A stretch of 64,000 bases of DNA from a virus: IMG/VR virus record IMGVR_UViG_3300010167_000003; one strand, written 5' to 3'. Made by a program: the position numbers and the translations under genes. The notes beneath the pieces are model-generated. The model did not search any database. It was not told the DNA's origin and saw nothing but the letters and a program-made list of their open reading frames with translations. Positions within the stretch are counted from its first letter, which is position 1. Each line of letters begins with the position of its first letter. Below, in pieces: positions 1 to 7,985 of the stretch.

Positions 1-14
1 AGCAAACGAGAGAA

Positions 15-416
15 ATGGTAGGTAATCTTCTTACATCACTTTTACGTGATATTGACGAGCAGAATGCGCTCCTGGAGGAAAAGCATCAATGCTTGCGTGA
101 GTGGCAGAGCCGGTGCAGATTGGCTGAGGCCGCGCTAAGGAGGGAAGGATTTAGGGTAAACCCAAGTGGTAACTTTGTTAAAGAGACCACGTTGGCTGGT
201 GAGCAGGAGCGGCACAACAGGTTAAAGGGGAAGTATGAGAGCCTGAAGACACAGTACACCGACCTGAGAGAAAAGTTGAGGATTATGACCGTCAACAGGG
301 ACTATTGGAAGATGAAGTATTACAAAGCCATTGGCGAGGAAATACCGGAGCTGGTCATGACGGGCGAGTGTATTTGTGAGACGTGTGGAGGTGCGAACGA
401 TGAAACAGGTGACTGA
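15..416 (+). CDS. hypothetical protein, coiled-coil-like with C-terminal CxCxxC
   Basis: 133-aa ORF from an ATG. The N-terminal half is charged and heptad-like. The 3' end overlaps the next gene start. Confidence 0.55.
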   Translation: MVGNLLTSLLRDIDEQNALLEEKHQCLREWQSRCRLAEAALRREGFRVNPSGNFVKETTLAGEQERHNRLKGKYESLKTQYTDLREKLRIMTVNRDYWKMKYYKAIGEEIPELVMTGECICETCGGANDETGD

Positions 417-762
417 GAGATTTTTCTGTGATGTTTGTGAGCGTGAAATGGACGGCGGTGGTAGGAGACCACAAAAGGATGCGTTCTACAGGAAAGTACC
501 TGCCAAGGACATAGGTTGTAAACCAAAAGACGATGGGATTTGCATAGCGTTCAACATTATGCCGTTGAAGACTACACCACCCCAGACTCCTTTGTATGAC
601 CTCTGCCCAGGCTGCGTGGAGGAGGCGGTACTGGTGTGGGCACGGGAGATTGAGGCCGCCAGAGCGGTGGCAGAGCGTGGTACTGCTCCTTGTGGGGCTA
701 CCACTGAAGAGTGCTCAGATGCACGAACGTGTGGTCTAGCGGAGTCGGTCATAGATGGCTGA
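400..762 (+). CDS. small CxxC...CxxC zinc-ribbon-like protein (dispersed family member)
   Basis: Internal ATG at 400 preceded by GGAGG (386-390). The pattern FFCDVCEREM...DLCPGCVEEAV is shared with the genes at 7982, 11374, 13228 and 18795. Confidence 0.55.
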   Translation: MKQVTERFFCDVCEREMDGGGRRPQKDAFYRKVPAKDIGCKPKDDGICIAFNIMPLKTTPPQTPLYDLCPGCVEEAVLVWAREIEAARAVAERGTAPCGATTEECSDARTCGLAESVIDG

Positions 763-1042
763 CGAGAACGCAATCTTTGAGTGTTGGGATGGAAGCCGAA
801 TTAGGATGCCAGCGGGTGAGTGCCACGACAAGGATTTGGACGTGGCACGTTTCCTACTTGGGTGTGGTCCTGACTGTGAGAACAGGTTGGTGGTAGAGAA
901 CTGTGAGGGTCCGACACGTGTGAATGAGAACGGCTCCGACTACTACAAGTACGATGGGGCGTACATCATAGACAAGTACGTTGGCAATGAGGAGGTGGTT
1001 GCGTGTGATGGAGGGCAAGCAGACGCTGAAAGCGTGGATTGA
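755..1042 (+). CDS. hypothetical acidic protein
   Basis: 95-aa ORF. The ATG overlaps the upstream stop. Confidence 0.5.
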   Translation: MADENAIFECWDGSRIRMPAGECHDKDLDVARFLLGCGPDCENRLVVENCEGPTRVNENGSDYYKYDGAYIIDKYVGNEEVVACDGGQADAESVD

Positions 1043-1334
1043 ACAGATGGCCGACGGCGAGGAAATAGAGGCCGTGGTGTTCGGTGAGAACAGCAGGTTT
1101 TATATCGAGGATGAAGATGACTCAACTCCGCTCGGTAAGGTACTACCGTGGAACACAGCTCTCAAATACCTGACCTATGAATTTAACTGTGGATTTGGCG
1201 GTACGGAGTGCCATGCGATTGTCGCTTGGACGAAGACGTGGGTTATTTCAGTGTGTCAGTACGATGGGGCGACGTGGCCGTTCCGAATCTACAGGAACCC
1301 GACGCCGTGTATGCCAGAGATGCCAGGAGGGTGA
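1008..1334 (+). CDS. hypothetical protein
   Basis: The ORF is open from TTG 981. ATG 1008 follows GAGGAGG (990-996), so the start is uncertain. Confidence 0.45.
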   Translation: MEGKQTLKAWIEQMADGEEIEAVVFGENSRFYIEDEDDSTPLGKVLPWNTALKYLTYEFNCGFGGTECHAIVAWTKTWVISVCQYDGATWPFRIYRNPTPCMPEMPGG

Positions 1335-1338
1335 GTTG

Positions 1339-1980
1339 ATGCCGCCGTCAAAGGGTAGGATGAAACCAATTATTTTAACCATGTCCGAAGTACAGTCGAT
1401 ACTCGCCGGAAACAAGAGGTCCATCCGGCGAATTGTTGAGCCTCCTCTGGTACCCAGGGAGACGCAGGAGCCATTTTTATTCAAGAGTTGGGAAGACGGT
1501 ATGGCTATCTTCAAAAGTGGCTCAGAGGTCATCTACAGACGTCCACAGCATGAGGCCGGAGAAACCGTGTTCGTGCAAGAGAGTTTCGTTACCAATCCAG
1601 GCGCACCTGTAACATTCAAAGCAGATTACGTAGTTGGCAGCCTCAAACGGGAACCAAAATGGCGGCCACCGTCACGTCTGACCCATGTAAAGAGCCGGTT
1701 GCGGTTGCATGTAAAAGAGGTGCGAGCTGAGCAGGTACAAAGTATCACAGCGAAGGATGCCATCTTGGAAGGCATCATAGAGCTGGCGTGTTCTATCTCT
1801 GTTGCGCCGGGAGAGTTCGACTACGTGGTGCTCAGTGATTCAAACAAGAGGGTGTACTCACCTATCGAGGCGTACAGACTCCACTGGGGCCACCGCTTCA
1901 AAGAGATAGGTGGACTGCCTTGGGAGAGGAACCCACTGGTGTGGGCTATGACATTTGAGCCGGAGGTGGTTCAACAGTGA
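1339..1980 (+). CDS. hypothetical protein with ASCH/PUA-like N-terminal motif
   Basis: ATG 1339 lies after GGAGGG and just after the upstream stop. The N-terminus MKPIILTMSEVQSILAGNKRSIRR resembles the N-terminus common in phage ASCH-domain proteins (recalled from memory only). Confidence 0.5.
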   Translation: MPPSKGRMKPIILTMSEVQSILAGNKRSIRRIVEPPLVPRETQEPFLFKSWEDGMAIFKSGSEVIYRRPQHEAGETVFVQESFVTNPGAPVTFKADYVVGSLKREPKWRPPSRLTHVKSRLRLHVKEVRAEQVQSITAKDAILEGIIELACSISVAPGEFDYVVLSDSNKRVYSPIEAYRLHWGHRFKEIGGLPWERNPLVWAMTFEPEVVQQ

Positions 1981-2180
1981 GTAACTTCCACCAACGGAAA
2001 GCTGAGAGGAAGAAATTCTTCGAGGAGGCCGTTTATGGGTGGAGGTTACGACGGTGTGCAGCGTGTGATGGAACCGGAGTGTACGACCATAACGGCAGTC
2101 CTCCCTGCTCGGCGTGTGGCGGAACAGGGAAGGAGAGGTACAAGTATGTCCCGGAGCACAAAAGAACAGCTGGAACTTGA
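1977..2180 (+). CDS. small DnaJ-type zinc-finger protein
   Basis: Two CxxCxGxG motifs (CAACDGTG, CSACGGTG). The GTG start overlaps the upstream TGA. Confidence 0.45.
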   Translation: MSNFHQRKAERKKFFEEAVYGWRLRRCAACDGTGVYDHNGSPPCSACGGTGKERYKYVPEHKRTAGT

Positions 2181-2394
2181 AAAGCGGCAGATGCACCTGT
2201 GGCTGGTCAATAAACAAAGGAACCAAAGAGCCTTTGTTGCACGGGCCTGTAAAGGGAAGGGTGAGGACCGGTCAGTGGTCCTCATCGGTAACGAGAAAAC
2301 AGGGTGGGCGCAAGCAGTTAAGTTTTGGCATGGCGACCACAAAATCAGAGCGGCGAACTTTGTTGCCGAATACAACGCGAGGGAGAAAAAATGA
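2146..2394 (+). CDS. hypothetical protein
   Basis: Internal ATG 2146 after AAGGAG (2129-2134). It overlaps the previous gene, so the start is uncertain. Confidence 0.4.
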   Translation: MSRSTKEQLELEKRQMHLWLVNKQRNQRAFVARACKGKGEDRSVVLIGNEKTGWAQAVKFWHGDHKIRAANFVAEYNAREKK

Positions 2395-2723
2395 GACCAG
2401 GGATAGACGAGGAAACATTTCTGAAGAAGTTAGACCCCGATCAGATGTACCGGCTGTACCGCGAGGCGCAGGACAAGCTGGACGGGTTCGCCATGTACAA
2501 AACTTATCGTCCAGGTGATGACCCGCCGGTCGGTTGGCATTGGTACACAGCTGAGGATGGCCGCCTCATGGTTCCGGTCTTTTTCTACGAAGGTGGCATG
2601 TTTTATCTGCCTACTCTACTGGAGGAGCAAAGAGTTCATGAAAATTTGAGGCGCTGGGATTGTATGTATAACCAAGGGCACCGGGTACACGGCCCGATAC
2701 CATTTCCGAGGTTGGGTGAGTGA
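2391..2723 (+). CDS. hypothetical protein
   Basis: ATG 2391 overlaps the upstream TGA (ATGA). About 110 aa. Confidence 0.55.
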   Translation: MRPGIDEETFLKKLDPDQMYRLYREAQDKLDGFAMYKTYRPGDDPPVGWHWYTAEDGRLMVPVFFYEGGMFYLPTLLEEQRVHENLRRWDCMYNQGHRVHGPIPFPRLGE

Positions 2724-2979
2724 GATGAAAAAGAAAAAGACCATGACCTCGAAAGACCACTACTACGAGGGGTACTACACGGCGTGGTCACACGCTATGG
2801 GTGCGTTGATTCGACAGAACGGTCAGCAGGGTGAGGACTTCGCCAAAGAAATTATGGCGTGCTTCCATATCACGGTGGAGGACATGGAGGAGGCTGCTTC
2901 CATAGACCCGATTGATTTAGTTCCGATTCGTGACGGCTGGAAAGCATACGACGAGAAGTTTGTGGGTGATGTGCAATGA
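2716..2979 (+). CDS. hypothetical protein
   Basis: 87-aa ORF starting at GTG 2716 or ATG 2725. Packed against its neighbours. Confidence 0.55.
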   Translation: MSEMKKKKTMTSKDHYYEGYYTAWSHAMGALIRQNGQQGEDFAKEIMACFHITVEDMEEAASIDPIDLVPIRDGWKAYDEKFVGDVQ

Positions 2980-3161
2980 AGGGCGCGACTGACGAAGATA
3001 TTCTGACTTTTTGGGGTGAGGCAATGAAGCTGTACCCCGACCATATGGACCTGGACAACCTGGAGCATAGATTGGAATTTGTAGCGGACGAGGCGGACTG
3101 TACCAGGGAAGATGTGCTGACTGTGTTGGAGACCTACGGGCTATCACCGACGGACGAATGA
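2976..3161 (+). CDS. small highly acidic protein
   Basis: 61-aa ORF with an ATGA overlap to the upstream gene. D/E-rich composition. Confidence 0.55.
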   Translation: MKGATDEDILTFWGEAMKLYPDHMDLDNLEHRLEFVADEADCTREDVLTVLETYGLSPTDE

Positions 3162-3191
3162 GATAGAATCGAGGGATAACTCAGGTCGGAG

Positions 3192-3515
3192 GTGGTTGGT
3201 GTGAGTCTGAAGGAGGCGGTAGAAGGGCTGACAATTAACGCAGCGGACCTCATCAAAGTGACGAGGGAAGTTGAGAAGTTGCACCAATTAGGAGACGTCT
3301 TGGTGAGGCATATAGCCGGGGTGCTCCAAGCTACAGCGGAACTTGGTCTTCGAGAGGCGGTCGTGCCTATCTTCGACCCCGACCATTCTCTGGAGAACGC
3401 GGGGTTTGTGGAGCTGGTGATGCACCGGCTGAAAGTGAACGGCTTCGGAGTTGTACCGTCGAAGATTGTAGAGCGTAATGGTAAACGTCGGGGCCGTCTG
3501 ACAATAACGTGGTAG
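3192..3515 (+). CDS. hypothetical protein (paralogue of 3527-3931)
   Basis: GTG start after GGAGG. Shares the motif VPIFDP.H.L....F..L...L...GF.V with the next gene. Confidence 0.55.
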   Translation: MVGVSLKEAVEGLTINAADLIKVTREVEKLHQLGDVLVRHIAGVLQATAELGLREAVVPIFDPDHSLENAGFVELVMHRLKVNGFGVVPSKIVERNGKRRGRLTITW

Positions 3516-3526
3516 GAGGGGTAGTT

Positions 3527-3931
3527 ATGGATGAAGTTTTGAATGGGATGACAATGACACCGGAAGAGTTAGAGAACGGGCCGCCACCTATCTCTTTGGC
3601 TGGCAAAGAGGATATTCTGGCGCTGCTGACAATCAGCCGGGAAGGGTTACAAACTGACAGCGGGGACACGAACAGCCTTAAAAGACTTGCCGAGGATTTG
3701 GTGGAGCTGATTCAGCTTAACGCTACGAAGGTGGCCGCTATGAAGAGGCACTCCATCGCGGTGCCGGTCTTCGACCCCGTACATGAGTTGGCAAGCAGCG
3801 ATTTCTTTTTGGCACTCACATCCTTGTTGACCGAGCGGGGCTTCCAAGTGGACCAGCACTCCGTCATGCCGAGTCCATCTCGGCCTGGATTGATGCAACC
3901 GCCGAGTCTCATTCTACAAATTTCCTGGTAG
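3527..3931 (+). CDS. hypothetical protein (paralogue of 3192-3515)
   Basis: ATG 3527 after AGGAGGGG. The C-terminal half aligns by eye with the previous gene. Confidence 0.6.
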   Translation: MDEVLNGMTMTPEELENGPPPISLAGKEDILALLTISREGLQTDSGDTNSLKRLAEDLVELIQLNATKVAAMKRHSIAVPVFDPVHELASSDFFLALTSLLTERGFQVDQHSVMPSPSRPGLMQPPSLILQISW

Positions 3932-3962
3932 AAGTACAAATATCTTGGTAAGAATAATTTTT

Positions 3963-3999
3963 GGCGCGGCCCTTTCTCCAGCAGCCGCGCCATCTTTAT
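3963..3999 (+). terminator. possible terminator hairpin
   Basis: GGCGCGGC (3963-3970) pairs with GCCGCGCC (3984-3991), followed by a weak T-rich tail. It sits right after the last gene of the operon. Confidence 0.3.
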
Positions 4000-4106
4000 G
4001 GAACAGCCGCCGCGCTTCTCTGGAACAGCAGTTTTCGGATGTAAAAAATGGGAAATAATTTTTTGCGATTTTCCAAGAGGCAGCGAAAGTTGGTTTCCCA
4101 AACATG

Positions 4107-4116
4107 CCCCCCCCCC
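4107..4116. repeat. C10 homopolymer tract
   Basis: Ten consecutive C residues in an intergenic region. Confidence 0.9.
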
Positions 4117-4147
4117 ATCCAACAGGTAGGAGAAAATAAAAAGTCTT

Positions 4148-4165
4148 TTCTCGCGTTAGCGAGAA
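4148..4165. terminator. short hairpin in AT-rich spacer
   Basis: TTCTCGC-GTTA-GCGAGAA, flanked by A/T runs on both sides. Confidence 0.25.
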
Positions 4166-4245
4166 TCACTTTATTCTTATTTCTAAAATACTAAATACTC
4201 CCCAACAAGGAAGTCAGTCGCTGTCTGAATTTGTGCCCCGGAATT

Positions 4246-4390
4246 TACCCACAGACCGATACAAAACGTACCCACAGACCGATACAAAACGTACCCACAG
4301 ACCGATACACTTTACCCACAGATAGATACGTTTTACCCATAGATAGATACATGATGGCATGATTTTTGGGCTTACCCACAGACCGATACA
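4246..4390. repeat. array of six 18-bp direct repeats (iterons)
   Basis: TACCCACAGACCGATACA occurs at 4246, 4269, 4292 and 4373. Variants TACCCACAGATAGATACG (4313) and TACCCATAGATAGATACA (4334) also occur. Start-to-start spacing is 23, 23, 21, 21 and 39 bp. Confidence 0.85.
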
Positions 4391-4391
4391 C

Positions 4392-4422
4392 TTGACAGTT
4401 TTCCCAGTGTTTATGCTATACT
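4392..4422 (+). promoter_or_regulatory. sigma70/sigmaA-like promoter abutting the last iteron
   Basis: TTGACA (4392-4397) followed by TGCTATACT (4414-4422). The spacer is 16-19 nt depending on which -10 register is chosen. Confidence 0.5.
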
Positions 4423-4443
4423 GCGAGTACATCTTAAAAACGC

Positions 4444-4474
4444 GACAGTCCGACTCTCGACAAGTCGGACTGTC
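4444..4474 (+). promoter_or_regulatory. perfect 11-bp stem hairpin in the leader
   Basis: GACAGTCCGAC (4444-4454) pairs with GTCGGACTGTC (4464-4474). There is no T-tract, so it is not a classical terminator. Confidence 0.5.
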
Positions 4475-4560
4475 AGCCCAAGAAAGGAGTCACGGGTCCT
4501 TCGAGGGCGGTGGGCAGAATAATAGCACACCCTTCCTTGAGCGTCCACAGTGTTTAAGCT

Positions 4561-5448
4561 ATGAACGACGCGCACAAGTCATTTCTCGAAGTCTACCAAA
4601 ATAACTCAAGTAACCTGTGCCTTCTAAAGTTCACAGAACGAGTTCGATTGGAAGGGTTAGACCCCCAACTACTGCCTTTATTTTTGTTCCTACAGTCGGA
4701 AATTCTCCATCATTTGTTTTTAGTTGATAATGTTGTAAACATCGACAGGGCTAATTTCAGTAATTTAACTATCCCGTACCGCAAGGTGCTGTCACAAATA
4801 TCAGTACGTCGTAACACTAGGATGGTTATTATCAATAGATTCTTGGACTTAATCAGCCTCCTCAATGGTGAAAAGTTTTATGAAGTATCCAGAAATAGTA
4901 ATGTTGTGGTACTCAATAAGCTATTCCCTAGTTATTTGACTGAACTGGCACAGTACAAGAAGACTGCGGACGCTGACATCAAAACAGCCGGTAAAGGTTC
5001 AAAATTTATATCCACTCCGTTGGCGGTGCCGTGGTGTCTCATGACCCCGCAAAAACGGTTTACAGTTGCGGCATTTATGTCTAACTATTGGCTACTTATC
5101 AATTTTATGATGCCAGCGGCACAGGAGAGCAGATGCGTCTTGTTAATGGAGGGCGGGTTGAGCAGATATGGTATAGAAACCTCACATCGTCCAAACTGCA
5201 AACGTCGGTCGGAAGCGGAGCGTGTAGAGCGTAACATTATTGGTCCTATTGAGTCCTATGGTTTGTTTAAGGCAGAAGGTGTGGTTGGTAGAGATGTAGT
5301 GGCAAAGGTAACTATTGCAGACCCTCTTTTATATGCCCATACATTCAAAGAGTCTCCCCAACCTGCAACGGATAGTATCACAGCGAAGATTAAGAAACTT
5401 AGAGAGGTGGCGTCAGTCAATGCCAATGACCACAGAAGAAAAGGTTAG
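4561..5448 (+). CDS. hypothetical protein, possible iteron-binding replication initiator (cassette copy 1, gene A)
   Basis: 295-aa ORF in an AT-rich stretch directly downstream of the iterons. Paralogous to 5859-6512 (TPLAVP, NYW and LF..L.SEI motifs). The Rep function is inferred from position only. Confidence 0.6.
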   Translation: MNDAHKSFLEVYQNNSSNLCLLKFTERVRLEGLDPQLLPLFLFLQSEILHHLFLVDNVVNIDRANFSNLTIPYRKVLSQISVRRNTRMVIINRFLDLISLLNGEKFYEVSRNSNVVVLNKLFPSYLTELAQYKKTADADIKTAGKGSKFISTPLAVPWCLMTPQKRFTVAAFMSNYWLLINFMMPAAQESRCVLLMEGGLSRYGIETSHRPNCKRRSEAERVERNIIGPIESYGLFKAEGVVGRDVVAKVTIADPLLYAHTFKESPQPATDSITAKIKKLREVASVNANDHRRKG

Positions 5449-5899
5449 ACGTAGGGAGGAGCGAAAGGCCGAGAAAATTAGGCAGCAAGAAGAGCACGAA
5501 AAACAGCAGGCAATGTGGCGGTACATGAATAGGAAGCCTCGCGGGTCTGCAATTTGTGCTGCGTGTGAATTTGTTTACGTCAGACCTAAAGAAGAAGCCC
5601 AGGAGGAGGACACCAGTGGTTATGACATGTATAGTGTTGGTAACGCTGGTGTGTGTTGTTCCTATGACCAATACTTGGAGTACCTGGAAGGGTACAACGA
5701 TTATAAAAATAGATGGTTATGTAAGTACGAGCTGGTAGTAGTATTGCGTAATTCAGTAACTGGTGAGTGTGAAGAAGATGAGGAAACACTTGTGACGTGT
5801 TTTTCGAAAAACCCTATGGGTCACTGCGAAGAGTTCAAATGTAAAAAGGAGACTACAAATGAAACAAAACAACAAACCAACAACGTACCAGCTGAGTAG
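5420..5899 (+). CDS. Cys-rich protein (cassette copy 1, gene B)
   Basis: ATG 5420. The motif NSVTGECEEDEETLVTCFSKNPMGHCEEF is paralogous to DSVTGEKEEANIVYCLTKNYDGYCAHYEF in 6526-7044. Confidence 0.55.
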   Translation: MPMTTEEKVRRREERKAEKIRQQEEHEKQQAMWRYMNRKPRGSAICAACEFVYVRPKEEAQEEDTSGYDMYSVGNAGVCCSYDQYLEYLEGYNDYKNRWLCKYELVVVLRNSVTGECEEDEETLVTCFSKNPMGHCEEFKCKKETTNETKQQTNNVPAE

Positions 5900-6512
5900 G
5901 TCCAAAGGCACCGACACACTTCTACTCGCGTTTATGCGCTTCGCAAAGACCAATACTGGTAAGAAGTATGGATTCACTCCCAGCATGGCCCCACTGTTCT
6001 GCATCTTGCTATCAGAGATACAAAAACACTTCGACGAAGAACGTGACGGTTATTTGACGATTGACATTGTTAAGTTGTTGGTGCCGTTGAGGATAACCCA
6101 CATAAGTGAACGTAATAAGGTGTTGGTTAGATTCAAGGCGATGATAACTGCGCTGATAAAACTGGCCGACGCCTGGGAAGATGAAGAGCACATGGGTAGT
6201 GTAAGTACAGGCCCAGGTTACGTGCCAATTATCTACAGGGTTGGGGACATAAACACAACACGCTCAGTAATTACCCTCGACGTGTGTGAACTTATCATTC
6301 CTCTGCTTACACGTGGAGAGTGTGACCATATCACCCCTCTCGCTGTGCCCTCCAAGCTGCTCAATGTGACCGATGACTTCTCCAGCTTCTCCTTTTACCT
6401 GAACTACTGGATGTTTATTAGGCTCGATGAGGTTGGCGAGGGTGAGCTTCTCCTAAGCATAGACAACACATTTACCGACGCAATTCAATTCATGGACCTA
6501 GACATAGAGTAA
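5859..6512 (+). CDS. hypothetical protein (cassette copy 2, gene A)
   Basis: 217-aa ORF. ATG after AAGGAG. Paralogue of 4561-5448. Confidence 0.6.
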   Translation: MKQNNKPTTYQLSRSKGTDTLLLAFMRFAKTNTGKKYGFTPSMAPLFCILLSEIQKHFDEERDGYLTIDIVKLLVPLRITHISERNKVLVRFKAMITALIKLADAWEDEEHMGSVSTGPGYVPIIYRVGDINTTRSVITLDVCELIIPLLTRGECDHITPLAVPSKLLNVTDDFSSFSFYLNYWMFIRLDEVGEGELLLSIDNTFTDAIQFMDLDIE

Positions 6513-6525
6513 AGGAGTGGGGAGG

Positions 6526-7044
6526 ATGGATAGGTTAATCGCTGTAATCAAAGGATGGGCCGCGCAAATCTTCTGCGTCACCGGCAAGCCTCTCGGACCA
6601 TCAGTGTGCGCCAACTGTGTGCACGCTACCAAGAAGTACCAGGACAATAAAACTCGTTGGGGAATGCGTTGCTACCGTGAGGATGACAAGTATGTTGTCA
6701 TTGACTCAGTGACCGGCGAGAAGGAAGAAGCCAACATAGTGTACTGCCTCACAAAAAATTATGACGGTTACTGTGCCCACTATGAGTTCACCGAGGAGCA
6801 GTTAATAGGTAGAATACCTTACTCCCAAGGCTACCAGCCTAAATGCTCATCCCCTCCCCCAACCTCCGCACACTTTGAGGGCGGTGTTGCGCAGCCATAT
6901 CTCAGGCCACCAGCTCCGCCAGCTCCACCAGCAAGGATGTTTGATAGTAACAAAGAGTTAAAAGAACAGTTTGACAATCTAACCAAAAGATTGGAGGCGG
7001 AAGGACATGTCTCAGTTGGACCTGAAGAAGAAAATAAAACCTAA
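6526..7044 (+). CDS. Cys-rich protein with Pro-rich tail (cassette copy 2, gene B)
   Basis: ATG 6526 after AAGGAG. Paralogue of 5420-5899. Confidence 0.6.
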   Translation: MDRLIAVIKGWAAQIFCVTGKPLGPSVCANCVHATKKYQDNKTRWGMRCYREDDKYVVIDSVTGEKEEANIVYCLTKNYDGYCAHYEFTEEQLIGRIPYSQGYQPKCSSPPPTSAHFEGGVAQPYLRPPAPPAPPARMFDSNKELKEQFDNLTKRLEAEGHVSVGPEEENKT

Positions 7045-7507
7045 CTACCGCACCCCCGCGCTGATAATCCACTGCTGGGCCGACGACAGTAGAGAGCGCC
7101 GTCAGAACTGCCGGTACTACGAATCGGACATCTACGTCGGTGAGTGCGTCCACTACTGTCCGGCAAAGTACACCGCCATCTCTGAAAAGCCGTGGTGTAT
7201 GTGCCGTGACGACCTTGATGAAGTCCATCTGGAGATGCCAGACGGAACTAAAGAGCGGCACTGGGTCGATGGCCGGAGTTACCTGTGGTACAACAAGACC
7301 CGGCGCTATGATTGCCACCCAAGAAACAATAGGGTGTCTGCAATACATATCGTTGAGGCTATAGGTAAGATGGGCTGCCGGGACTGCGCTAAATATGTGC
7401 ACTTCCCTTATGGTGACACTGGTTTCTTTGCGTCAATAATCAGGTTGCTTCTCCGTCGTAAAGAATACTGCCACGGCCCACTATTAGATGACACACCGAG
7501 AGGATGA
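7007..7507 (+). CDS. Cys/His-rich hypothetical protein
   Basis: 166-aa ORF. It has several C..C/H clusters similar in style to the two gene-B copies. Confidence 0.5.
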   Translation: MSQLDLKKKIKPNYRTPALIIHCWADDSRERRQNCRYYESDIYVGECVHYCPAKYTAISEKPWCMCRDDLDEVHLEMPDGTKERHWVDGRSYLWYNKTRRYDCHPRNNRVSAIHIVEAIGKMGCRDCAKYVHFPYGDTGFFASIIRLLLRRKEYCHGPLLDDTPRG

Positions 7508-7514
7508 TAAAGTT

Positions 7515-7748
7515 ATGGGGTTGCATAGCAAAACACTTGCAAGGTCTGAACTTATAACAGTGTGCGATGGAGCGTGTAAAGAGATGCGTAAACGTGCGTG
7601 TAGCACCTACCTCCCTATGGATGCCGACAAGCTGCGTGCCAGAGGGTGGCCGGACTGGAAGATAGAACGGTTCGGTGACGAGTGCAAGTTCTATGATTCA
7701 GCCAGCATCTTCTGCTCGTATCCTGAAGACGCAGAGATAGACGACTAA
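7515..7748 (+). CDS. hypothetical protein
   Basis: ATG 7515 lies just after the upstream stop. Confidence 0.5.
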   Translation: MGLHSKTLARSELITVCDGACKEMRKRACSTYLPMDADKLRARGWPDWKIERFGDECKFYDSASIFCSYPEDAEIDD

Positions 7749-7760
7749 GGAGGGATAGTT

Positions 7761-7985
7761 GTGTCCTGTAATTGTGTCTCTGAGATTGATAAGCAGCTTG
7801 AGGAGCATAAACTAAAGCTCAAGTCCGGCTTTCTCTTTGGTAAGAATGATGCGCTACATGTACCTGAGATAGCAATAGTTACCCTCGATGGTAAGAAGCC
7901 AAAGAGTGGTCAGCCTAAGTATCTCATCCCATCATTTTGTCCGTTCTGTGGTGTGGAGATAGACGTGGAGGTGAAGCCATCATGA
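7761..7985 (+). CDS. small zinc-ribbon-like protein
   Basis: GTG after AAGGAGGG. Contains CNC...CPFC. Confidence 0.55.
   Translation: MSCNCVSEIDKQLEEHKLKLKSGFLFGKNDALHVPEIAIVTLDGKKPKSGQPKYLIPSFCPFCGVEIDVEVKPS

Noticed and set aside
4246-4390. Possible CRISPR array
   Set aside because: The repeats are 18 bp with only 3-5 bp between most copies, so there are no spacer-sized unique segments. There are also no cas genes. Iterons or operators fit better.
4214-4432. 72-aa minus-strand ORF across the iterons (repeating YLWVK peptide)
   Set aside because: It simply translates the 18-bp DNA repeats. It has no RBS, and the region is better explained as a protein-binding repeat array.
4359-4604. 81-aa plus-strand ORF starting within the iteron/promoter region
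   Set aside because: It starts upstream of the predicted transcription start, has no RBS, and overlaps the better-supported 4561-5448 gene in another frame.
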